Assembly (NCBI GenBank): GCA_021613535.1
Contig: CP075496.1
Location: 13,764,001 to 13,828,000 of the forward strand
Reading direction: 5' to 3'
Source: Adineta vaga
Taxonomy: Eukaryota > Animalia > Rotifera
Length of the DNA stretch: 64,000 nt
In this document: piece by piece, positions 37,893 through 51,800 of the stretch
Layout of the letters: each line of letters begins with the position of its first letter
How positions within the stretch are numbered: position 1 is the stretch's first letter
Notes under the pieces: model-generated
Told to the model about the DNA's origin: nothing
The model's database searches: none
The model's input: only the letters and a program-made list of their open reading frames with translations
Program-made: the position numbers and the translations under genes

Positions 37893-38953
37893 TTAATTTA
37901 TGTTGAGTCTTCGACGAAGAATTTTGAAAAAACGTTTTTTCAACGATGTTAAAGTAAATAAATAAACATAAAATCCACAACTTGGTTCAAAATATATTGT
38001 CAATTGAACTAATCTTTCAATGATACTATCGTAAATAATATCTGTTGAATTTCGAAGTTTTTCAGCGGTAGATAATCGATAAATGATATAAATTCCATAA
38101 GGTAATGATGATAAAATCACGAGTATTACTTCTATTATAATCATAGATGTTAATTGTACTTCGATATGATGTAATTCAGATCGTTCATGACGACAATATT
38201 GACATAATTGATTAAACATTGGAATCATTTCATGATGATTTCGACATCGACGACGAATAACAACGGCACGTTTTTGTCGATAGAAAATAGTTAATATACC
38301 AAAAATAGTCATTAACAAAGTTTGACTAAAATATGTTGTTGAAAGTTTGATTCCCCATGCAATGAAATTTTGTGGTAGACAATAATTATTTTTAACAGTA
38401 AACGTAAATATAGTTTGCAGAGATATCAATGCCCAAATGACACAAGTAATTGAACAAATAATATATGCTGATGTAATTGAACAAAAGAAATTAGTGAAAC
38501 GTCGTGGATAATGTCGATTATTCTTTTTTAAAATCATACAAAAACGATTTAATGAGGCAAAAACAAGAATTTGTGAGGAAATATTTGAACTTAATATATG
38601 AAAATAAATTCGAATTTTACACATAGTTTTCGAATGATGCGACGAAATAAATAAATCTCTACCTATTGTTTCATTCATATGTGTTGATCCATGATCTAAT
38701 CCAATCATTTTCCAATTATTTGGTAATAAATTTGATAGTGGAATATTATTTAATGTAAAAAAATGACTAATTGTAACGACCGGATATACACAGTACATGG
38801 ACAACATCTTAAAGGTTTCTGCATAAAAAATAATGTCTGCAATACATTACCAATATTCCCAACGATAATATAAAATAGAAATATGTAAGTTGATATATGT
38901 TCGGAGAGATTTTCTAATTGTCGAATGTATAGAGCGGATGATGTTGAATTCAT
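37893..38953 (-). pseudogene. Intronless rhodopsin-like GPCR with an apparent 1-nt frameshift at ~38780
   Basis: TM1 (YIIVGNIGN) is in ORF 38750-38953; TM2-7 (CKIRIY, ASLNRF, SSLPY, CGFYVYLFT) are in ORF 37893-38807. The frames join at ...TVYI/VVTISHFF with one base missing and no room for an intron. Confidence 0.7.
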
Positions 38954-40153
38954 TATGAAATGTTAATTAACAAATGAATATGAAAAATAGAATACTCGTC
39001 ATGCATAAGATTCTTTTAATTTTCTTGATTATCATTTCTTTGTTGAATAAGAAAATTCTCATTGATAACAGACAACGTTCTTCTCTAAAAGTGTAGCATT
39101 TGAAAATGAAGGAGAACATAATTACAACAAAGAAAATGTTAGCTCATTTTTATAATGACTCTTTACATAGACAGAAGGAAGAATTTTTCTTAATTATTAT
39201 CTTATTCATGACTACGTTACTGTATCTAATTCTCATGAAAATGTAAAAAGATCTTTTTGAAATACATATTACATTACATGTTTACTGGCCGTTAATAATC
39301 GAAGATATATTGTTTAGAATCATGTCTTGATGAGCATTTAACGAAGTTTTTTTTATGAAGATATTATAGTATCTTTGGATATGAAAGCTCCTTAGAATGA
39401 CATTCTTTCTTTTTTTAATTAATCTCTTTTCAAGCATTTGTATTTTTATTTTATTCTAGCTTCTGTGATACGGAACGAATACCTGGGAATCAAAATGTTC
39501 AGAAGTTATAAAAGTCTGAACTTAATATCCCAAGTGGAAAGGAAGAAGAACAGGATAAGAATTTATTAAAAGTTGGTTAAATATAATCTGCTACTTTAGA
39601 AATATAGTATTTTTTCAAAATTAATAACGGTTGCTGAGTTCGTTTTGACATTATTACTACTAACTGAACTATGCTCTCTGTATATAGATCTGTAATGGCA
39701 GATGGTGTAGATTTCGGTATCACATTTTTGGCATAATAATGTCAAGATCACAGTCGATTAACTGCAAGAATTCTTGTATACCATTGAACTATTAACACAA
39801 CGCATATAATTCTATTTCGTCCATCATCTTTTAGAAGGTATACACGTTCTATTTAGAACGGTTCCGATAAAAATAAAACTTATGTGGTACATTTGTTTTC
39901 TTCTTGCAAATTTTCAATCAGATCTATCCAGAAAAAACACATAAATATACATTGAAATTCAGCTCAATACGAATTATCTAATCTAACATCATTAGTTGTT
40001 TAATTATCTTCTCTCTCTCGATACAGCCATCTATCGAATTTCGAATGTGATTCGAGAATAGAAAATCTCCAATAAATCTTCATTTTATTCGAATTATATT
40101 CCATTTCCATTTCAAACAAACAATAATCGAAGTGACATATGACATTGACATTC

Positions 40154-41734
40154 ATGGCTAATCGAAACGAAGAAAGTTCAACCATTCAAAAACATGATTC
40201 TCATCAATCACCAATCGATACAGATGAAGAAGAAAAACATTTTAGAAAAGTGATCAATGCATTTCTTTATTATAAGTAACAAGATTTAACCTTTTTTTCT
40301 TAAACAATCAAATGTTGTTTTTCAAGAACTTTAGCACGAAATCGAATTCGTCGTGCATTTTATTCTTACGGTCGATTATCTGCAACACATAGACGTTTAG
40401 TACCAAACTATGAAACACATCTTGCTCAATCACTAAAATGTATTGATCGAAAGTAAACAGAACAATGAAGATTTCTAAAATTTCATCAGAATCTTTCATT
40501 TTAGTGATGCATTGATTCAACAAATATTAAATGGTTGTGAACATTTATTTAATAATTATTCGATTATTTCAAATTCAAATGATATCAATCAATCGGTAAG
40601 TTCAGAGGAGTTTTTCTAAGGATGAAGATGTTTCGATATAATTCATCCATCTGTACGATTAGTCTTCTTCCAGTCAACTGAACAAGATTCATTATCACCT
40701 CCATCTGGTGTTACATTAATGGATATGGATAAAGTGAAAACAACGATTAAACAATTTGTTCGTGATTGGAGTGAAGATGGTCGACAAGAACGATTGATTT
40801 GCTATGTACCAATTATTGAAGAAGTGAAACGAAGATTTCCAGTAACATCAACAACTGATAATGATGTTTCAGCTGTTCAAATTCTTGTGCCAGGTGCTGG
40901 TCTGGGTCGTTTAAGTTGGGAATTTGCTCGACTTGGTTATACTTGTCAAGGCAATGAAGTTAGTTTATATATGTTAATTGCTTCTCATTTCATATTAAAC
41001 AAGTAAAATGAAGAGAAATATTCATCTGTTTTCTATTGAAATTGTATTTTTCGAATAGATGTTCACAAGTGAATGCTCATACAATTCATCCATGGATATT
41101 AAATTTTTGTAATAATGTTTCTAATGATGATCAACTACGAGCTGTTCAATTTCCAGATGTTAATACAGCTTCATTACCAGTCAATTCACGATTTAGTATG
41201 TCAGCTGGTGATTTTCTTCAAATTTATAATGATCCAAGTTTGTTTCCTTTCGATTTGAACTGATGAAAGATCTTCTTATTCATTTTTAGATGATTGGGAT
41301 TGTATAACAACATGTTTCTTTATTGATACAGCTCATAATATTATTGAATATGTCGAACGATTATGGACAATTCTTAAACCAGGTGGTGTTTGGATTAATT
41401 TTGGTTTGTTATCAATTAATTCTATTGATTTATTTCTTCTATTCTTTGACATTTCTTAGGTCCATTACTTTATCATTTCGAAGATATTCCAAATGAAGAA
41501 TCATTTGAACTGAGTTATACTGATCTACGATCTGTTATTCTTAGTTGTGGCTTTCAAATCGAAGTAAATTCTTTTTTCTTTTTTCTTTTTGATTGAGATC
41601 AGTTGTTCATTTTTTCTCATTCTTTTTAGAATGAAAAATTACCTATTCGAGCCGGATATATAAAAAATGATCGATCAATGCTTCATTATGAATATGATTG
41701 CGTTTTTTTCGTGGCTGTTAAACCTAGACAATGA
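40154..41734 (+). CDS. CARNMT1: Carnosine N-methyltransferase (N2227-like)
   Basis: [76 protein letters not shown]. Confidence 0.93.
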
Positions 41735-42135
41735 AATTGATTTCTTTTCTTTGACTAATAAATCAAGATAATAAACAAGAAAGATACAGTTTTTATTTTA
41801 TCAAATAAAAGACTCATATCTCTAAAGATATATATATAGAAATAATCGATGAAAAGTTTTGGTCGAAGAATATCATAACCATTGACAAAGATTGATAGTA
41901 TTAGTATCCACGTAATATTAATGACATCGTATGTTTATGATTTTTGCATAATCATTTATCAAACAATCTCGTTCATGTGAGGAACATATTGAACTAGCGC
42001 CATCTATTTAATGCATCATTTCAGAGGAAAACAAGTAGTATTACTAAGTCAACAGTTATGTTCATGGTTGATAATGAATATTTGAAGAATTGAAGTTCAT
42101 TTCTCATCTAAACTATTTTCTATTTATTGATAAAT

Positions 42136-44732
42136 ATGGTTGAACAATTGAAATTTATTGTTGAACAATTAAAACGACCACCATTCAATCGTAAAGATTA
42201 TAATATTCTCACATTTGATAATCTAACAAATAATCAATTATTACAAGTTTTAACCGATGTTTTCGCAGTTATTGATCCACTCGAACGAGCTGTATGAGAA
42301 AATGTTTTCACAATCTATTTTATTCTATATTTTCTTCTTTTCATAGCATAAAATTGATATTCGTGATGAAGAATCAGAAAGAACTGCAACACGACATATG
42401 AATACATTGAAAATGCTTGGTTATCGACCAAAACTGGATACTGACGTGTAAGAAACATTTAAAAATCGACAATAAATATAATGAAAAAGTTTTCTTTTAG
42501 AAATACATTTCGGCAGAATTTAGTCAGCGGTGATAAAAGTGTCGTTTTTCCAATATTACAATGGTTACTCGAAAAACTTCCGGAACATAAAGAACGTGCT
42601 TATCTCGGTCGATATCTATCTCGAACTGATGTCCCAAGTGAATTTCTAAGTGATCCAGAAATAGCCGAACAATACGAACGAGTAACTAAAGAGATCTTTT
42701 CATGAAATATTCTTTTCCTTACGAATATTTGTTTTTCTAGTGTGATGAATTAATGGAAGAATTTAAAGAAGTTCATCGTGGATATAAAGAATTAACATCA
42801 ACTCCACATACAATTGAAGATCTTCGACGAGATATTAAACAACTTGAAGATGAAAAAGAAACTTTACAAAAACGTTTGGAAAAACAAAAACCTCGTGTAC
42901 AAAAAATTCCAGCAGCACAAATTGAATTAGCAAAAAATTATCGACAAGAAGTAGAAAAAGAAGCGAAATTGAACACAATGAAACAAGATTTACAAAATGT
43001 TGTTCATCAGTTAGAACAAAAAATTCAACGTCTTGAACGACAAATAGGTGATCAACGTTCATCTTCATATGATCAATCACCAGAAGGTAAAACTTGTCTT
43101 TGAGAAAAACTTCATTTCAATTGATTTCTTCTTCTTCAAGCGATTATGAAACGAATGGAAGAAGAAAATCAGGTTAATAGTTATCTTGTTAGCGATAAAT
43201 TTCCTAAACAATTAAGTCAAATGAAAACGAAATTAAAATATTATGAAGAAGTTACAAGTAACAAAGCATTAGGACAAACAGAATTAACAAACTATCGAGC
43301 AAAAGTAAATAGTTTTTTTCTGAAATTTTCCTTGAAAATGTTTTCATCTTTCAGATTAGTGAATTAAATTCTGTTATTAATAAACTTCATGAAAAACGTG
43401 TATTAACAAAAGATCCAACTGCAGATAATTTAGCTGTTTTTCGTCAACAAGCTTTGATTGTTGCTCGAAGAAAAGAACAAGCTGCTGAACGTCTTACTCA
43501 ATTACGTGCTGAAAATGATGCACTCGAAAAACAATTTGGACGAAATCCATCAATGAATGGAGGCGGCTCATCAGCAATAATGAAACACACAGGACAAATA
43601 CCACAAGGAGAAGAAGTATGTGTTGATTGAATCTATTTAAATAAGTTTTCATTGATTTATTGAATATTTAGTTTCAACGTTATGTAAACATGTTACGATC
43701 GAAAGGTAATGCCTATAAACGAAAACGTCAAGAATTAAATGATATGACAGCTGAATTACAATTACTTAAACGTACTGAAGAGATTCTTAAAGAACAAGTT
43801 GATCAAATCAAAAGTCGAATGGTAAGAAATGAATATCTATGTGAATTTTCATTTGAATATCTAATGAATTCTTTAGGGAATGGAAGAACGAAAACAAGGA
43901 ATTGAAGGTTATTTTTCTACTCAAGAACGTTTAGAAGAATTATCAACAATGAAAATGGAGCAAGATGAATTAAAAGGCAAAACTCTTGATGAAATAACTG
44001 GTTTAATTAAAACATTAAATAGTCGTATATCATCAAAGAAAGCAGAACTTGATCCAATTTTAAAAGAAGTTAAACCATTACGTGCAAAAATTCAAGTAGA
44101 TTAACTTCCATAGATTAGTTTTAACATTCTTATATATATATATATCTTCATTTAGGAATTACGAAATGAATATGAAGCAAAGAAAAGTAAATATGATGCA
44201 TTAAATGCAAATTTTGAAAGTAGTCGATCAACATTAGAATCCGTATGTGCGAATAATTAATTCATTTATTTGTTTATTTTTCGTTATATTTCAAGGAAGT
44301 TCGAGGTTTTTATGAAGAACAATATGCCCAAGAATCTCGTTTTCATACATTACGTGCACAAATGTTAATCAATGCTGTTCAATTAAAACGAGCAAATGAT
44401 GAACAAAGTTCATATATGTCCAAAGATAAAGCAACAAAATCGAATCGGTATGAAGGAAACGAAAAGAATTTTTTACTTAATTTATCTTTCTTTTCTTATA
44501 GAGAACAACTTAATAAACAAATCAATGATTATGAAGTACGTATTAAAAACAATCGTGAACGACAAAAAGTAACAAAAGATGTACAAATTGATGGTACAAA
44601 ACAGATGAAATATTGGCGTGATATTTTACGTATGATGGAATTGAAACAAAAATTAGCAACGGTAAAAATTTTCTTAAGAAAATATTTTCTTTCATTTTAA
44701 ATATTTTCTTTGTTCTTCTTTAGGGAGAATAA
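42136..44732 (+). CDS. IFT81: Intraflagellar transport protein 81
   Basis: MVEQLKFIVEQLKRPPFNRKDYNILTFD, GDKSVVFPILQWLL, ERAYLGRYL, coiled coils, LRSKGNAYKRKRQEL, QMKYWRD. Confidence 0.93.
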
Positions 44733-45088
44733 TAATTAATCAAGAAATACTTCTTTTGTTTTGAATTTTTCTTTGTTTTCATATGTTTAATTATATCTAA
44801 ACTATTTCATTTAACTTTCTCAATATATTGAATAACGAAAAATTCTTTCTTTGTGTTATTTAGCTATATAGAAATCAGAATACATAAGAAAAATAGAAAT
44901 CTCATCTGCTAAAGAAAAAGGAGTTATCGAATGTTACCGCCGGTAATCAAGTTTTATTCATAAATTGATTCGAAGTAATTTAAAATTTTGTAAAAAATGA
45001 ATCAAGATATCATGTTGTGAAAGTGTATGGAAATACTATAACAACTTTTACATGATGTTACACTTTATGTTCTAACAAGACTCATGTG

Positions 45089-45260
45089 AATTATCGTGAG
45101 CGACAAAAGAGATGATTTACGTATGATAGAATTGAAACATCAATTAGCAATGGTAAAGTTATTTTGTTTGATCTTACATCAGTTGAAAATAGTTTTTATT
45201 TCTTTTAGTGAGATTGTTTTTCATGTTTCTAATAATATCTGAACGACTTCTTCTATCTTT
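45089..45260 (+). pseudogene. Degenerate tandem copy of the IFT81 3' end
   Basis: ATCGTGAGCGACAAAA and TTTACGTATGATAGAATTGAAACATCAATTAGCAATG|GTAAA mirror 44552-44666, followed by an intron-like segment with TTTTAG and 3'UTR-like sequence. Confidence 0.6.
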
Positions 45261-45805
45261 ACTCATAAATACAAAGAAAGAAACAGGAATAAAGTGATTT
45301 TCTCTGTTCATTTACCATCGCCACTAGCATCTATATTGATGTATTTGTTCGTAATATTGGTAACACTCGTTATATATCAATGTGTATATATTTAGATGAG
45401 AAGAAGACGAAGAAGAGAGAAAAAGAACAGAACGAGAAGAAAAGAAAAAATGGGATAGTACATGCGATCTGAGAAATATTCTCAACTGAATAGCTACATA
45501 CCATTGACGGAGCTAGTTTATCGTGTGGTCGCTCGCGTACAAAAACATTCTCTGTTGTTGTTCGTCCGCCTTCGTGCCTATACAATTGTCAGTAAAACAA
45601 TGTTCTAACTTCTTTCTACTTCTCTTTCTCTAACTAATCCAACACTTGAAGATATAACGACGAGAATGTTACGGAAACGAAAGAATCTTTCTCATATGTA
45701 ATATATCTTACAAGAAAGAATACGTAATAATCTCATGTCTAATAAGATCATTGTCTTGATTCAATATTCTCTCTCCTAACAACATTCAAATATTTCTAAT
45801 TAATT

Positions 45806-48800
45806 ATGGATGATGATGATAATAATCTTACACGAAAAAGACTACAATTATTATTCGAAGATGAAACACGTAAGTTTTTATTGATTTATTTATTTATTTT
45901 TCATTTGTGTGTTGATTTAACGACAAACAAATCGTTGAGTATCATCTCCACACCAATTTCTATCATCACAATTGAAGATATTTGATATACATAAATGATT
46001 TCGACATCGATAAAGATTTTCACTTTGTGCACAAGATCGAACAGCTAAAAAAGCGAAAGAAAAGACATTTTTCAGTTTTGAATTCCTTATAAATTCTTAC
46101 GAAAATGAATAGCGACATTAATTATAAATCCATTTCCTATTCTTCGATCGTCATTTGAAATAAATTCAATTAATACAGTATTTGTATTATTTGTCTAAAG
46201 CAAAAGAATCTTAAGGAAAACAAAAAACGAGAAAGAAAATGTTACTTTTAAATAAAATCGTTTTGTTCCACATTGATAAGATTCATCGGGATTTAATAAT
46301 GATATTTGATCTTTTCTCCCATCATAAATCAATAATTTATCACCGCCACATGCAATATCCATTTTATCAACAACGATAATAATTCGTTGATTGACTGTTG
46401 CGCCTTTTATTGTTAATAAACAATCAAGATTTTCTCCATAACTATCTGATGTAAACGTAAAAAATGTTCCCGGAAGTGTATCACCATGAAGTTGAATGAT
46501 TTTATTACAAATTCTATCCATATCTAAACTAATCATCTTAGAAGAACAAATTCTACCGCAAATTTATTGTCCTACTCGGAGAACTATAGAGAGAACTTGT
46601 ACCACGAGAATAGATTGATGATGGTAATAGAAGAAGAAGAAGAAGAAGAAACATAGGTTCACAATCGACTGTTAACATTATTTTTTCGAAAGATTTGACG
46701 TTTATTTATCGTATTTATAGAATATATACTTTTATTTTTGTGTAATCGATTGGTAAGAAGACGAGAATATGTTTTGATTCTTTTATGTTTAGTTTTCTTA
46801 TGATTAATCAACGAGGTGATTGAGTTTGTTATTCATGTTCGAATATTCGAGAATAGAATTTTTTGGAAATTTGTTCTGAATGAATAGATGAGCCTTGAGG
46901 AAGAATAACCATGATATAAAAGTTATTGATGAGACTAGATTGTATCAATGTTATCGACATTCTGTTTACATGTAAATGCTCGAATGTTGATATAATCATA
47001 CATAATAGAGAATACAATTGGTTAACTAAATAGAAGAAGTTGATTTTGAAATCATTTCTTCAATAATTTATTCTATAGTAAAGAATAAGGACATATCGAG
47101 ACTTATTAAAGCTTATTAATTGTATCAGTATTTAACGACATCTTCATCCTTGCTATTGTCCCTCGTTAGTCGCCTAGATCCTTGCTTAGTTCGAGCCATC
47201 GCTTTCACATAGAAACCATAAGGAGTTACTTCAGGATGCATGGAGTTTTAATAAAAAGTCTCAATATATCTGAGAAAGATAAATCTTGATAGTTGCTGCT
47301 AGAACGATTAATTATTTTTAATAAAAAATGAAAATGAGTTTTTATATTGAAGATAGTTTTCATATTTCATTACCGATGAAAATAAGAGATAATTATATTA
47401 ATAGTACACATATGGTAGATATTAAAGAGAAGTCTTGTCTCATTTATAGAAATTGCTATGAAATCTATCAGAGAGATACTTTAGAATAAAACTACTTGAT
47501 CAATGACATTTTCTATCGAAGAAATATCAGACTAGAGAAATATAAAAAATTGACCTCGAAGAACTAATCGTTATACTGTGTTACAAGGACAATTATCTGT
47601 TCCGTTTTTTTTCCTATAATTTAACACTTGAGATTTTTCTAAACGAAAAAAGCGAAGTTTATTAAGAAAACTTGAACTTACTTTAATCTGAAGTCTTAAT
47701 CAATCAAAATCTATCATAAGAAAATCATAATTCTCAATGATTTATTTATGGGTGATATGATGAGAAGAAAGTAATCGAGTTGTTGTTCGTTCGTAGAAAG
47801 CAAAAATTGATATCACCAGATAGAGAATCATGTATTTGCTATTCTATTAATACTCCTGGAGAGAAACCATCCGTATTTGCTCATGTACATATCATTCCTT
47901 CCGTTTTTTCTCTCGCTCGTCGATTTCTTATTTGTCTTCTGAAGAAACATATACAAATTTCTTCGTCATCTATCGAATAATACGAGCAGAACTGATAAAA
48001 CTAAATCATAACCTACACCAGTATTCTCCTCATCAACTACTGATAAAGACAACAAATGAGGAAGAAAACATATAAAACCGCATGGATCGTTGTTTTCAGT
48101 TATTCTCAACGACAATCAGTCTCGTTCTTACTTAATACAAACTTCGATTAGAATTACTTTTATCAAAAGAAAAAAAAGAGAGTGAGAGAGATCGAATTTA
48201 ATTTCTCATTTCTCTTTTTTTTGTATCTTCATTATAATTCAATGGATTTTGATGAACTTCTAGCGGCTCCTGAAATCGTTCGTCGTCTTCTCTCACAAGA
48301 TGCATTCGAGAACGAGACTGTGACATTTTCCTGTACGGTACAAGATGCTGGAAATACAGATGAAGAGCAACCTTATACAATCACATGGTTCTTCAATGAC
48401 AAACAACTTCAATTAAACAATGGAAAATATGTTATCGATGAAAATTACAAAACTGGTATTTGTTTATTAACAATTAAAAATATTGGAGCAGATGACGAAG
48501 GAGCTTATCGATGTGTAGCAACAAATAAATTTGGATCATCAGTTACGACAGGATTTCTTGCTGTTTTAAGTAAAAGAATTTTTCTTTGTTTGAAAAATAT
48601 CTCGATTTTTTATATCTTATAGGAAGAAAACGATCTCAATCGCCATCACCCAGTCGTAATGCAAGTCCAAATCGTTCATTAAGTCCATCAAATAATCTTT
48701 TACGTGATCGAAGTGCTTCGCCCTTACGATATATTAATTTACCTTATTCAAAATTAGCTCGAGTTACAGAAGAACTTGAAAGTCTTATCAATCCAACTGC

Positions 48801-51800
48801 ATCAATTGTTCACGAAGAAGAAGAAGAAGATGAAGAAGAAGAAACAAAGAAAGAATCAGAAGATAAAGAATCAACACCGATTAATACAATTATTGAAAAA
48901 GAAGAAAGTCTTAATCTTCCCACAGAAGAAATTCCAAAAGCAACATTAGAAACGAATATTATCGAACCTGAACAAACGATTGTTCTTCCCATAATTGAAG
49001 AAAATAAAATAGATTCAATTAAAAATGAAGTAAGTAAAAAAAGGAAATCGTTTATCATTACGATTCGATGCTATTATATTATCTAAGAGAATTCATAACA
49101 GTTAACAGCTTCTTTAGAGACATTAGATAATAAACAAATAGAAAGAAGCATAAAACTATTCTCAAAGGATTCATTCAAAGATTTGCTCGATTACTGAAAA
49201 ACTCCAAATGATACTTGTCATTTATTTGGAAGTAATCATTTCGTGAATGTCATAACATATCAATTGACAAAATCATGACGTATAACTTTTGGAAATTTGA
49301 ACAAAAGACATATATATATATATATATACAGTTAAATCTTCAATCTTACCTTGAAAACTTTTCTAATTATTGTTGGCTAATCGATTGAATACTTATTGGA
49401 ATGTAAAATAGACTATCATATGCATATCTATAATATATTATTGACATCTAGACGATTGAATTGACGTCTGCAGTTGTTTATTTATCATGTTTTCTGATGA
49501 GGCTGATTAACTGCAGATGGAATGTCAAAGAGAGAGAGAGAGAGAAGAAAAGAAGAAGAAGAAGAACGAACGAACGAGAAACAATCAAATAAATACAGAA
49601 ATGAAGATCAATCATTCTCGATTTCTTTTATTTTTCTTACCACTTGTTCGTATTTATCCACTTGCAATATCTAACAAATCAATATGTGCCTTAAGTACAA
49701 TTCCAGAACTAACAATGATACCATAGAAATATCTAGATGATGTGATTTTCTAGACATTCATGTGTTTAGACATATTCAATAGTCAGTTTTTGTCTCTAAA
49801 CTAAAGTCTTTCTATTTTTCTATGTCAATTATGAAAAATTCTAAATCAGAAGTGAATTTATTTGTAAGATTTAAAAATCAAAACATTTCTTCATCTTCTT
49901 TTATTTAATTAGGAACAATCAAAACCAATAATTATTACAAAATTACCATCTACTGTACGAATAACTGAAGGTGAAGATCTCGATGTTAGTTGTTCAATAA
50001 CTGGTATGATATTTGTTTGGTTTCTCTTAATTGAATAATTGTTTATTTTGTATTTAAAGGTGTTCCGGAACCAACAATTCATTGGACAAAAGATAATGTT
50101 GATATTCGTGAAGATCATCGTGTTGATATTTATTCAGATCGCGGTGTACATCATTTAGAAATTAGTGAAGTTTCAATCACTGATTGTGGTCAATATACAA
50201 TCCATGCCGAAAATTCTCTAGGAAAAATTAGTGCAGATTGTCAAGTTGAAATTATTGAAAATACCGATAAAGTTAAACGATTAAAGGTCGAAGGTTTATA
50301 TACATATGGAACACGGTAAGTTCGAGCAAGGAAAGACTTTATTTAAGAGGAATTATTTCATTTTCCTAGACAACAAACGTATAAAGCACCGGAATTTTTA
50401 ATCAAACCATCGAATCGAACAATTCATGAAGGTGAACAATTTCAAATTTTTGCAAAAGTGATTGGTAAAATGAATTTGTTTTTCATGGAAAGTTTCGATG
50501 TTCATTTATTTCGTATGAATTTTTTAGGTAATCCAGCGCCGCAAGTTCTTTGGGTTCGATCAGGTAAAGCAATAGAAGATGATGATGGTTATCATCGTAT
50601 CTTTGATCGTAATGGTGAAAATTACTTTGAAATTCCAAAAATTTCCATTTTGGATGCGGGAGAATATTCATGTATCGCTACAAATATGATGGGAGCTGCT
50701 TATAGTACATTCACAATTTGTGTCGAAGGTAAATTTGATTTATAAATTCATAGGAAAACTAATATCATTGAATATAAATTTTTAGCAATGACTGAACCAG
50801 AATCAACAAGTTCAGAACTGGAAGAACGTTCAGCCAATGTTTCCGATGTTGATACAAATGTTGTATGTGACTGACAGATTTGATTTTCTGTTGGGTTTTT
50901 ATCGTGTTGTTTTTCTTTATATTAGATGGAAGATTTTCCTCAATCGATTGCAACTGAATTGATTGATAAACATGTTCGTCAACATCGACAATTAAAATTG
51001 TCCGATCAATCTGATGTGGTAAGAAGAAAAAAAAATATTGAAAATTTGAGTTTTCTCTTTTCTTTTAGGATTTTTTCTTCTCGGATTTTGTTCTAAAAGA
51101 AGATTTTCGTGATGAAGCTCGAGATGTTTTTATGAATAAAGGTGATATGGTAGAAATCGTTGATATCGATAAACAAGATAAATGGCTTGTGAGAAACAAG
51201 AAAAATTTAAATCAAGTTCGATTTATTCAATTAGAAAACAAAACTTCGATTATCTGTTTATTTCTATAGATATGTTATGTACCACCGGAATGTCTTGAAA
51301 TGGTACCGGATATTGATATAAATCCAGTTGTATCAAATCTAGCTACTATTGATCCTATTCAACCAAGTAAATATAAATATTTTTCAATTGAAATGATTGA
51401 TTATCATATTTATTTCAAGTTAGAAATATTATTTTCTTTAGTAAATATAATTACTATTCTCTTGTGGTTTGATCTTTCGAAAGAAAAAAACATTTTTCTT
51501 TCCAGCACATATGATATTTATTAGACCATATAAATCCTTGTGTATTCTCTCTTTCTATTCTTGTCATAAACATCAATTGGAGAAGCTATTAGTTTCTGTT
51601 CGATTTCAAATGAATCATACATTGAATAGAACTTCCATATGATTAAGAAATAGTTACTAATGTTCTTTTGCGTATATATCTATATTTATCATATTGACTA
51701 ATAGAAAATAGTAGCAAAACCAAAACTCTTATGCCCACGTATATCGACATGTATGTCTTGACCCACCCACTCAATGTTATTAAGGAGAAGAAGAAAAATG

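Noticed and set aside
39050-39900. Slightly GC-richer fragments between the GPCR and CARNMT1
   Set aside because: Frames are interrupted by stops; no recognisable family or repeat boundaries.
20952-44732. Ciliary gene cluster (ARMH1, PLAT, MORN, IFT81)
   Set aside because: Interspersed with unrelated genes, and a ciliary role is established only for IFT81; chance co-location is sufficient.
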